This document shows, one piece after another, positions 1 through 15,426 of a stretch of 64,000 bases of DNA. The first letter of the stretch is position 1; every line of letters begins with the position of its first letter. The notes under the pieces are model-generated. The model was not told the DNA's origin and made no database searches. It was given only the letters and a program-made list of their open reading frames with translations. A program made the position numbers and the translations under genes. This DNA is from the human T2T-CHM13v2.0 reference genome, Homo sapiens, in NCBI RefSeq assembly GCF_009914755.1, contig NC_060930.1; one strand, given 5' to 3'.

Positions 1-979
1 TTTTACAGTACTGCTCCTTGCAGAACAGGGCTAACTCATGGGCAGTGATCCCAGGGTCAGCTAATTTGGCATTTTCATGAGGGTAAATCTTATCTATCCC
101 CAATGCAACAATATTTAGACTGTTGAAGCTAGAAGGAAAAGAGGAATCCCATGAAACTAAGACCAGCTTTTGAGAATTGGAGTGAAGTTTGGAAAACCTG
201 GTCCTTCCCTTTCTGCAGCAGAGATTGCAAAATGGCTACAAGACTTGGTGCAGCAGCCCCTCTCTGGACAAATTCCAACGCTGGAATTCTAGTGCCATAC
301 AGATAACTCCTCGAAAAAAATATTTCTGCCTCTGATTAGTTACCATACAATTTAATATTCCAAATTTCTTTCATGTAAGTAACACCCCAGACACTTGTTT
401 TCTGAAAATAGTCTCTGAAATCCTGAAAATGTTCGTGGGCCACATTGTCATTTTTGTTTTCTTCCTAAAACACCACTCCTGAGTATGTAGCAAAGCAGAC
501 ACTCAACAAATATATATTTAAATTTTTTCTTTTTTTTTTTTTTTTTTTTTTTGAGGAGTCTAGCTGTGTCGCCCATGCTAGAGCACAGTGGCGCAATCTT
601 GGCTTACCACAACCTCTGCCTCCTAGGTTCAAGCAATTCTCCTGCCTCAGCCTCCCGAGTAGCTGGGATTACAGGCGCCCTCCACCACACCCAGCTTTTT
701 TCTATTTTTAGTAGAGACGGGGTTTCACTATGTTGGTTAGGCTGGTCTCGAACTCCTGACCTCGTGATCCGCCCACCTCAGCCTCCCAAAGTGCTGGAAT
801 TACAGACGTGAGCCACCGCGCCCGACCTTCAACAAATATTTCAATAATGCCATTCAACAAATGAGTCGATGGGAACAGTGGAGAGACAGGGCAGAGCCAT
901 TAGAGAAGAATCAGAATCCAAACTGATCCTAGGATCCTAGCTGCCAGGGACAGGGAAACAGCTTATCTGAGTGGTTCCG

Positions 980-1445
980 GGTGGTTCCATAGTCACCTCC
1001 TGCTCAAAACCTTTGGATGGGTTACCTTTGCTCTCTGCAAGGTCTGCGAGGCCCCGGGGGGAACTGCCTCGCTCCCGTTCCGGCCATGCCCCAGCCGGCT
1101 CAACCTTCTGGCCTAGCCACCATCCTGTTCCCAGGGCTGCACTTCCCTTCCTCCTCGCCTGGCTCACTGCTGCCGGTCACTCAGATCTCACCCAAGGTGA
1201 CTTCCTTGGGGGACCGTCCCTGACCTCCCTGCCCAGGTCTAGTCTCCAACATTTCAGCCTCCCAGCACAGCACCGGTGTTCATTTCTCGGATTCTTACAT
1301 CCATGTGGCTCCTAACCAGACCGGAAGCTCCCGGAGGGCCCGCCTGTCTACAGAGGTTGGGAGACTTGCTCCAGACCACCCTGCAGGTGGCTTCAGTCCC
1401 AGGAGACCTAACAGCGCCTGCCTCGGAGCCCACTTGGGAATGAGT
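980..1445 (+). mobile_element. Diverged L2 LINE 3' portion
   Basis: CCTCCTGCTCAAAACC and CAGATCTCACCCAAGGTGACTTCCTTGGGGGACCGTCCCTGACC resemble the L2 3' consensus. Confidence 0.55.
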
Positions 1446-2527
1446 TGGGCATAGGTGACCCCGCGGGGCCCTGCGAGGAACACCCACACCCACTCTGGCT
1501 TCCCCTCTCCCGCTCTATCAGCCCACCCAAAGGGTAAAAAGTCTCATAGGGCCCGGAAGGGCGCGGTGGCTCACGCCTGTAGTCCCAGCATTCTGGGAGG
1601 CCGAGGCGGGCGGATCACCTGAGGTTAGGAGTTGGAGACCATCCTAGCCAACATGGCAAAACCCGGTCTCTACTCAAAATACAAAAATTAGCCGGGCACG
1701 CCGGCGCGCGCCTGTAATCCCAGCTACCTGGGAGGCTGCGCAAGAGAATCGCTTGAACCCGGGTGTTGGAGGTTGCAGTGAGCCGAGATCGTGCCACTGC
1801 ACTACAGCCTGGCAACAGAGTGAGACTCCGTCGCAAAAAATAAATTAAAAATAAAAACATTTCATAGGGCCCCCAAAGAAATCACGTATACATTTAAATG
1901 TAAGACATAAATACCGGGAGGTGGTGTGATTGGTGGGATCTCAATTTCCTTAAATGGACAATGAGAATATTTTGAGAATTCAGTTAATAAAAGAGCCCAG
2001 CTTCTAGCCCCGCGGAGCTAGAAGCTCTCAATCAGCGTTAGCTATTGTTATTATTATTAGCCACTTTAGGGTTGGAGGATTACACTTGATTGGGTGTTTA
2101 TCGCTTGTTATTTAAAGGCTTTCTTGGACTAAGCACTTGTTTTATCTCCTCTCCAAAACTCTTCCATCCCATTGTCAGACCCTCCTTAGGGCAGACCCCT
2201 CTCATCTGCATTACAAGAAAGCTTGAGGTTTCCTGTAATTGTCGCACTTAACCTTGGTGGAAAGCTGATCACCAGCTGCAAACTCAAAGAAAGAAATCCG
2301 CTCCAAGGCAAACCACCTTCAGACTTTTACTTCCAAAATTTTACCTATGAATTTTCTTAAAGTATTTTATTGCTGTTATTTTTGGTTTGGGGGATTGGGA
2401 GAGGGGAGCTGAAAAATTTTCAGTCCAGGACTTGCATGGAATTTATGGCAGATTCTTAAATTTCCCTCTTTTGCTACCATAATTGATACCTACTCAAAGT
2501 TTTCTGCATTTAGAAACTCTGCCTTTA

Positions 2528-2905
<378 letters not shown>

Positions 2906-4639
2906 TTACACTGCAGAATTGGGGTTTCAAAAGTATCTGGTCTACATTCCCACATAGAGTCTTTCATGGCCAACTGATTCTCTGAAGGGTGCACTAGATG
3001 AGGGTCATCTGAGGGTGCTAACAACCAACTGTTAGTCCATAAAGCAAATTCAAGCTATCAGCACAAAAGACAGGGAAACTTCATCAGATTCAACAAAAAA
3101 GGGTGAGGCAATGGGGAAATAGGCAATCTCTATGATAATATTTAGCAAAATTATGTTTTTCCCCTTTGGACCAGCAATTCTCCCTCTGGGAATTTAACCT
3201 ACAGACATACTACTGGCAGACTTGCAAAACAGTGGTATTGTTTTGGGCACAGTGGCTCACACCGTTAATTCCAGCACTTTGGGAGGCCAAGGCGGGTGGA
3301 TCACCCGAGGTCAGGAGTTGGAGACCAGTCTGGCCAATATGGTGAAACTCCATCTCTACTAAAAATACAAAATTAGCAGGGCGTAGTGGCCCACACCTGT
3401 GATCCCACCTACTCAGATGGCTGAGGGAGGAGAATCGCTTGAATCCAGGAGGCAGAGGTTGCAGTGAGCCAAGATCACGCCATTACACTGCAGCCTGTGA
3501 CAAAAGCAAAACTCTGTCTCAAAAAAAAAAAAAAAAGTTATTCAAAGTATTCATCTCATCTTTGTAAAAGCAAAAGATTGGGAATAAACTCAAAAGTCAT
3601 TTTGTAGAGAATTAAATTGAATAATACCCAGCTGTAAAGGAGGGAAAATAATCTACACGTATAATTCCTTATATTTTTTAAAAACTCTTGAATGGACATT
3701 CAAGAAAATATTGCTTATTTTTGGGAAGTAGGAAATGTATGATATGAAATGAGATAGGAGGGAGACTTCTATCATTTTAGATTTTTTTTTTTTTTGAGAC
3801 AGTTTCCTTTCGCCCAGGGTGGAGTACACTGGTACGATCATAGCTCACTGTAACCCCAAGTTCCTGAACTCAAGCGAACCTCCTGCCTCAGCCTCTTGAG
3901 TAGTTAGGCCTACAAGCATGTGCCACTGTGCCCAGATAATTCTTTTTTTTTTTTTTTTTTTTTTTGAGACAGAGTTTCTCTGTCACCCAGGCTGGAGTGT
4001 AGTGGCACGGTCTTCCTCAGCCTCCCAGGTTCAAGCGATTCTCCTGCCTCAGACTTCCACATAGCTGGGACTACAAGCACCCGCCACAACGCCTAGCTAA
4101 TTTTTGTATTTTTAGTAGAGACGGGGGTTTCATCATGTTGGCCAGGTTGTCTCGAACTCCTCACCTCGTCATCCACCCACCTTGGCCTCCCAAAGTGCTG
4201 GGAATACAGCCGTGAGCCACCACGCCTGGCCTTCCTTCAAAATCTTGAGCAGGAGCCAGGCTGAGTGGTCTAGGACCTTCCAGCCACAGGTCTCAGGGCT
4301 GGGACGGGGGAGGGTAAAAATGCCAATAGGGTACGTGACTGATCCCTTGGTCTCCACTCCAAATAAAGCTCAATAGCATGCCAAATGTGCCTTTGTCTTC
4401 TCAGGGACCCACAAGTGGTATGGCATCTAATGGTCCCAGAAACTGCACCCAGGACTTCCAGGGGGTAGAAAAACAATGCATTTACAAGACTTTCATGGCC
4501 CTCCCTCTGAGTCTTCAATGATGAGAACCTTAGAGGATAGGACTGGAAGCTGGAGTCCCTCCTCCCTCAGAACCTGTAATACAGGAGTCTACTCCAGTCC
4601 TGCAGTAGAGGAAGAGTAGCCTATTATTCATACATTCAA

Positions 4640-4890
4640 GAAATAATGCCCATTGTGTCAGACATTGTTTTAATACTTCGCAGATTTAGGACATAGTCTT
4701 ATCTCATTTAATCCTCACTGCAACCCAATGAGGTAGATATAATTATCCCCATATTACAGGTGGAGAACTGAAGCACAAAGGCTAACATATGCCTGGTTCC
4801 CCAGCTAATAAGTAGCTGAGTTAAGATTCAAACCCAGGTATTCTAGCTGCTGTCCGTTTCTTACAACACTATCCTTAACCACTATGTACT
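4640..4890 (+). mobile_element. MIR SINE
   Basis: TCATTTAATCCTCAC...ATTATCCCCATATTACAG...AACTGAAGCACA...GATTCAAACCCAGG. Confidence 0.8.
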
Positions 4891-5138
4891 ATACCATATT
4901 GCCCCTCTTAAGAACAACAAAAAAATCAATGTCCCTGCCTTGTTGGAGTTTAAATCTTAGGAGTAGAGAGGAGGAAAATGACCAGTTAACACTATCGGTC
5001 GAGTTTATAAATGCCATAAAGAAAAAATAAAGCAGGTTAAGCAGACTGTAGAGGAGAGGATCTCCCCTGAGTATGGACCACCTGGGAGAAGAGAGCAAAA
5101 CCCTTTGAAAATCTGAGATTTTGGCCAGTCACGGTGGC

Positions 5139-5420
<282 letters not shown>

Positions 5421-5765
5421 CTACACTAACAATGGTTCTGACTTCCCATATTTTTGTTGGACACATTTGCTTTTCGGCTTATATACAAAATGTCAACCTA
5501 TTATAGGGTTGTTTTCAAGTGAGTCCAGGTCACTTGAGACAATCATCACATCTCCCATAGGTTTTTAGTTCAGTGCTGCATCTCAGGACCCTGGCTCCTC
5601 CACCCTTTTTGACACTAGCCAAGTGTGCCTTTGGACCCTCATTTTGTCTTTGGAGGATTTCAATTAAGGGTTAAGCTCAGGGCCACACTTCAGCTGTGCT
5701 TCAGAGATATTTAAGGTAGTACCTACAATCCATCAACCACACTGAACTATCAACTTATTTAAAAC

Positions 5766-5813
5766 TTTATTGTTATTTTTAAAAATGGGAAAAAAGAAAA
5801 AACACTTTTTATT
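5766..5813 (-). terminator. DPPA5 polyadenylation signals (two AATAAA)
   Basis: TTTATT on the + strand at 5766-5771 and 5808-5813, about 200-240 nt past the stop codon. Confidence 0.75.
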
Positions 5814-6006
5814 AACAATCATCAAAGAAATATTCACAACAAGACTCAGAGCCAAGGGTTTTCCCTTAACTCTTTAAGGGAACAAATGGTTTTCCCTTAA
5901 CTCTTTAGGCTGGAGCAGATTTTAAAACAAGCTTAAGGAATCACTCTAGCTCTGGCCACAACCTAATCTCTGCAACCCGGCTTCATTGCATTGGCTGGAA
6001 ACTGGT

Positions 6007-6912
6007 TCACTTCATCCAAGGGCCTAGTTCGAGGGCATTCATGGCTTCGGCAAGTTTGAGCATCCCTGCACCAGAAATAGCAACAGCGGCGTGAGTCTGG
6101 GGGAAAATAGTAAGCGCCCGGACTGTTCTCCGCCTCTTTCAGGGTTCGTTTCTGGGACTTCTGATCCAGGCGTTCTGGGCCTGAGAGTCAGGCCCAGAAC
6201 CTTGGAACCCGAGACTACTCGGCCCATTCGAACATTCTCCAAGAAACTGAAGGGGGCGGGGAGACGGTTGAGATAGCTCAGATAACCCTGCCCAGTGGGT
6301 CCAGCACCAGCCGCCTTTCACCATAGTCTCACCCCTGGGTCTCCAAGACCGACGGCCGGCATTCTGGGGCCCCCATTCCCAAAGGGGTCTTGGGAAGGCC
6401 CAGATGCCAAGGGCACCCCTGGTGACGCCCAAGGTGCTGGCAGCGAGCAAGAGAGGAGAAAGAGGAGAGGGCTGGAGGAGAGGCGCGAAGCGGCCCCCGC
6501 GAGCCTGTGTTCCGCGTACCCAGTCTCTGGGCCTCTCACCTCGCTCCTGGCGTTGGCGGTGCCACTCAGCCATGGACTGGAGCATCCACTTGGTCCGGAG
6601 CTTGTACAAATAGGAGCCGTAAACCACGACCTCGGTGAGGTCTGAAGACTCCAGAGCCTTCAGCTCGAGCATGGCCTTGCTCACCTGCTCGATGTAAGGG
6701 ATTCGAGATCCGTCCGGGCCTGTTGGGGAAAAGAGATGAGATCCCCGGGCCGGCTGAGACTCCCGAGCCGGGGCAGCCCGCCAGTACTGGGCACACTCAC
6801 CGAAAATGGCTTTCAGCAGCCGCGTCTGGACCTGGAACACCTCTGGATCTTTCAGGTCTTCGGGAACTTTCACCCACGGCGGGATATGTCTACGTGCCGG
6901 GAGAGTTCCCAT
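6007..6912 (-). CDS. DPPA5: Developmental pluripotency-associated protein 5 (ESG1), single atypical KH domain, 116 aa; coding exons 6912-6801, 6719-6540, 6065-6007
   Basis: ATG at 6912 ([38 protein letters not shown]). GT-AG junctions TTCG|gtgagt, aacag|GCCCG, CGAG|gtgaga and tgcag|GGATG. The exons sum to 112+180+59=351 nt and end ...[12 protein letters not shown]. Matches the known DPPA5 protein. Confidence 0.98.
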
Positions 6913-6949
6913 CTTATGACCCTCACAACCAAGACCACTCTCCAGCGCA

Positions 6950-7620
6950 AACCAGGCCTAATCACGCCGGCCGAGGCTCAGGGGCGATAAAGCCTCGCAC
7001 CTGGTGGCCCCGCCCCCGGCCAGGCCCCGCCCCCGGCCCGGGCCAGGACCCTGAGTCCATGCCCCGCCGCCCTGGCTGCGGTCCAGCAGGTTGCCAACTC
7101 TTCCGCTTCCCGCGACTTCGGGAGAGCCTCACCCGGGCCCAGCTGTCTCCAAGTTAACTAGGGTTTCCACCTGCATTGACCTGTGTCTTTCGCACCAGAA
7201 TCCCATGGGCTTGGGAATGGCTGGGGGCAAGGTGCTCTTGCCTCTTCCTCTAGGGAACAACCGGTGGGACCTGAACCTCGGAAAGCGGGCGTCCAGGCTT
7301 GAGGGTGCGAGGACCACCCAGTAGCTGCCGAATCGAGTTCCTGCCTCACACGTTCCAAAGAAGGGTCCGTATCCCCTCGGCCTTAAGGAGCAGGACCCGC
7401 GGCTCCACTTTGCTGGCGACCCGGACAACGTCCCGGGAACTCTGGAGGAACTCTTGCCATTGAACAAAAGAGAAAACCGAAATTCGGAAACTGATTATCT
7501 TACCTAAAGGGATTAGCGTTCTTCGAAGCCCCTGGCTCTAGAGTCTTTGAACCTACCCGGATTATAAAGCTCACCTGTGCCCTGCCTGCGCACTCCAGCC
7601 AAAACCGGTCCAGGCTTCTG
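6950..7620 (-). promoter_or_regulatory. DPPA5 CpG-rich promoter with tandem GC boxes
   Basis: CCCCGCCCC twice at about 7008-7034, high CpG density, directly upstream of the ATG. Confidence 0.75.
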
Positions 7621-7817
7621 GCTCCTCTGTAAATAAATTTGGTTTATTCGTTTTTTAAACATAGTGTTTGGAGCGATGCACTGGAGTCACTCGATGAGAG
7701 TGTGATTTCACTGTTTTATGGCTTTACAGATGGTGATTAAGCTGGCATTTCCAGTCCTGGTAACATCTAATGTCCCCTCAGCTGTCCATTATTGAGGGTT
7801 TCTTAAGGCAGACCTCT

Positions 7818-7868
7818 TCACACACACACGCACGCACACACACACACACGCACGCACACACACACACA
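7818..7868. repeat. (CA)n microsatellite with CACG interruptions
   Basis: Seen directly in the sequence. Confidence 0.95.
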
Positions 7869-8313
7869 ATGGGTTCTTTTGCAACCACCAGTGTAGTTAA
7901 TTTAGAAAATGATCATCAATAGCTAAAACTATCAGATGAAGACTGTTGAGGAACTAGATAGTCACAAGTTTGGAAGCCCTAGGCACAGATTATGAATTGC
8001 AAAGGAGAAAAAAACATTCCTTTACAGTAGAGACTTGGAAGAAGCCACCTTGACCCAAGTTAGCATCACCAATAATGGGACAAATGGATTTCTGGTTCAA
8101 TATCTGAAAAACAAAAAGAGGACTGTTTTATTAATTGACTAAGACACTAAATGCTGTGTGCATAGTTCAAATAATTCTGAATCAAAGATGGGGGATGCAT
8201 TTCAGGACAATGAAGGAAATTTTAATATGCCCTATATTTCAAAGTAGTATTAGAAACTTCTAAAGTTTAGAACTTCTAGAGTGGGATAAGTGTACTACAG
8301 TTATGTAAGATAA

Positions 8314-8928
<615 letters not shown>

Positions 8929-9169
8929 TGATCTGCCTGCCTCAGCCTCCCAAAGTGCTGGGATTACAGGTGTGAGTCACTACACCCAGTCATAATAAAC
9001 TTTCAATTTCCCATCTCCCATTCCACCTGCAGCCCAAGCTCCCTTTTTCCTGTGACCCAGACTCTTATGAAAAGCAACCCTCACTTCTATTTCTGTATAC
9101 CTTACTTATTCCTAAACATGTTATTCCATGGTACCTTCCTTTGCATTTCAAGAAAAGTCACTCCGGACC

Positions 9170-10080
<911 letters not shown>

Positions 10081-10161
10081 GCTCTAGATGGTTTCCTACA
10101 ACTTTCTAAGTATCTAATCCAAAACTCTTTTATATGTACATAATTCATCATGCCTAGCTAA

Positions 10162-10288
<127 letters not shown>

Positions 10289-10929
10289 TAGCTGGGATTA
10301 CAGGCATGTACCACACACCCAGCAAATTTTATATTTTTAATAGAGATGGGGTTTCTCCATGTTGGTCAGGCTGCTCTCGAACTCCCGACCTTGCCAAGGA
10401 AAGAACTCTTGCCAAGGAAAATGGGATTGAGAAATGCTGCATGTGGGAAACTTGAGCCTGTCCTTGCATTTATCCCATGTGATCCTGGATAAAATCCACT
10501 CTCCCTCCTCCACAGCATGTTGAATGTGTCATCTTCCTCTCCAGTTGGGTTCTACCTGGTCCCTAGGGATGCCTGCCTTGCCCTCAGTCTACTTCGATCT
10601 GAGCTCGGTTTCTGTTGTTCAAAATGGTGGTTTCTCCAATACACCTCAACATCTTGGAAAGGGGGATTTTTGCTAGGATACTGAAGGCCGGAATTTCAGT
10701 GCAGCTATGAGCCAACATTTGGAAAGTTAAACCTTGAAGACTTGAGTTATTTCAACAAATTATTTGAAGAAAAAGTTTTATTTATTTATTTATTTATTTA
10801 TTTGTTTGTTTTTGAGACAATGTCTCACTTTGTTATCCAGGTTGAGTACAGTGTGGTGATCTCGGCTCACTGCAGCTTTGGCCTCCCTGGTTCAAGCGAT
10901 TCTCCCACCTCAGTCTTCCAAGTAGCTGA

Positions 10930-11109
<180 letters not shown>

Positions 11110-11455
11110 TAACCAAATGTTAAAGATCACTTCTGCTGTAGGTCTGGGTTGCAGCAAGTGTCTTAGAGGACATCTGGCCATTGCATGGGCTCTGCTTGCC
11201 ACCCATCGGTACTTGCATTTCCAAATAATGACTTTTTAGAAAGGTGGAACACTTAAAAGCATATGCATTGCTTTTAAAAGCATATGCATTGCTTTTATCC
11301 AAAATTAATGTCAATGTTTATCATATTATAATGTTAGCAACAAGGCTGGTGAGTATATAGGTTGGTTCGACCTCGGAGGGACGCCATTTGGCAATACCTT
11401 ATCAATTGGAAATTTACAGATCCTTTGACTCAGCAATTCTACATTTGAAATTTCA

Positions 11456-11947
<492 letters not shown>

Positions 11948-12354
11948 CTAAAAAAAAAAATTAAAACAAATTAGTTGTGATGGCACATGCCCGTGATCTT
12001 AGCTACTTAGGAAGCTGAGGTGGGAAGATCACTTGAACCCAGAAGTTGGAGGCTGCTGTGAACTATGATGGGTCACTGCACGCTAGCCTGGGTGACGGAG
12101 TGAGATGCTGTCTCATCAAAAATAAATAAATAAATAAATCCATTATCAATATCTAGAAAAACAAAACTTTGTCAAGAAAAGAAATCATAGTATATACAAC
12201 TATGAATAGTTTACAAAGTCGTAATAGTGCGAACACTGAATATTGATCTAACAAAATCATATCTCTGTTTTAAGATGATCTAGGTCTGATGCACATAGTT
12301 AAGTCCCAGCTTACCTGGGTTGGAAGAGGGTGAAAGATAGTGGTAGATATATAA

Positions 12355-13377
<1,023 letters not shown>

Positions 13378-14830
13378 TGAGCCACCATGCCCGCCCTGTT
13401 TTTTGAGTTTTTAATAAAAGTCATTGTGACTGGTGTATGATGGTATATCGGTGTGATTTTAATTTGCATTCCTCTTCTGATTAGTGATGCGGAGCATTTT
13501 TTCATGTGTTTGTAGGCTGCCTGTATTTCTTCTTTTGAGAAATATCTCTTCATGCTCCTTGCCCAGTTTTGTTTGTTTGTTTTGTGGAGACAGTCTCGCT
13601 CTATCCAGCAGGCTGCAGTTCAGTAGCCTGATATCGGCTCATTGCAACCTCCGCCTCAGGAGTTCAAGCGATTCTCATGCCTCAGCTTCCTGAGTAGCTG
13701 GGATTACAGGTGCCCGTCACCATGCCCGGCTAATTTTTGTATTTTTAATAGAGACAGGATTTCGCCATGTTGGCCAGGCTGGTCTAGAACTCCTGGCGTG
13801 AGCCACTGTGCCCGGCTTTGCCCCATTTTTAATGGTTTTTTTTTTTTCTTGTTGTTTTGCAAAGTACTTTAATCATCTCAATTAGCAAGTAAGAATTTCC
13901 CAACTACTAAATCATTCCTACATATGAAATATATTCAGCCGGTTGGGCATGGTCTGAATATATACATTCGGCCTATTAATGTGGCAAACCTGAAGTTCTC
14001 TTCAGTGTTTCAATACTGAATAAAAATAAATTATAAATTATAATTTGTCTTATAGCAACACATCTAAAACAGTTATTATTATTATTATTTTTGAGACAGG
14101 GTCTCACTCTGTCACCCAGGGGGGAGTGCAGAGGCACCATCACTGCTTACTGTAGACTCAGCCTCTCTGGGATCAAGGGATTGTCCCACCTCAGCCTTCC
14201 GAGTAGCTGGGACTACAGGTGCGTGCCACCTAGTCCAGCTAATTTTTGTATTTTTTGTAGGGATAGGGTTTTATCATTTTGCCCAGGCCAGAAGGATTGC
14301 TTGAGACCAGCTTGGGCAACATAACGAACCCTTGTCAGAAAGGGAAGGGGAAAAGAAAGGAAAGGAAAAGGGAAAGGAAAAAAGAAAGGAAGGAAGAAAG
14401 AGACAAATATAATTGTGTTATTTAGAGAACAGAGGCATCACTGGGCATGGTGTCGGGAGCTTGTAGTCCCAGCTACTGGGGGAGCTGAGGAGGGAGGATC
14501 TCTTGAGCCCAGGAGATGGAGGCTGCAGTGAGCTATAATCACACCACCGCCCCCTAGCCTGGGTGACACAGAGAGACCCTGCAGCAAATTTTAAAAATTA
14601 AAAATAAAAAAGAGAATAGAGATGTCAAAAATTTTCAAGGAATCTCATCTTGTGTCCAAACCACGAGAACTATCTGTGGTTAGGTGTGTTCATGGCTGCA
14701 TTAATTAAAAGCGTGCTATAGTCCCACTACTGGGGAGGCTAAAGAGGGAGGATTTTTTTGAGCCCTGGAGTTCGAAGCCAACCTGGGCAACATAGCCAGG
14801 CCCCATAACTTTTTTTCTATCCATTTTTTT

Positions 14831-15426
14831 TTTTACTATGCAAATCTCACTACACAGACCCTATAACAGAAAAAAAAAAAGAAAAAGAAAGAAAAAAGGC
14901 GGGCGCTTATTCTGCTCTGTACTCAGCAGTCTCAGGCAAGTGACAGAATAATCTGAAAACCTGGTCCAGAGGGAGGAAACGTAGTGGCCAGGGATCAGAA
15001 GCGCGTGAGGGACCTATGAAGTATTCATTCTGCAAGTATTAGTTCTTTCCTCTGGGAGAGATACTGGGCTTGCCCACGCCTTCCTGAGTCCATGGTTAAG
15101 ACTCCCGCTGGGCACCAGCGGATTCCTGGTGCCCAGAGCCCGGTTCCTCCTACCGGGTGCGCTGGGAAAAGGGCTGCTCCTGACAGAAGGGACACTCTAA
15201 GAGCAGCCCAGGAACCGGTGCACTTGGGCGGCCTCGGAAGAAGCCGGGGCTCCTGGAGGCGGAGGCGAGGCCTGGGACCCAATAAGAAGGGCGCGGCTAG
15301 AGAGGAGGGGCTGGCCAAAAGCCCTTGAAATAAGGCCCAGGCAGAACCGCGGTTCTAGTCTCCCAGCTCCAGCTCGGCCTTTGGGTTTGCTGTGGTGTCC
15401 TTGTCTCCTGCAGGACCGGCCGCAGC
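14831..15426 (+). promoter_or_regulatory. KHDC3L promoter region with an octamer site
   Basis: ATGCAAAT at 14838-14845; CpG-rich from about 15000 to 15430. Confidence 0.6.

Noticed and set aside
6139-6912. 257-aa single-exon ORF as the DPPA5 product
   Set aside because: It reads through intron 1 and into intron 2; canonical splice sites give the known 116-aa protein.
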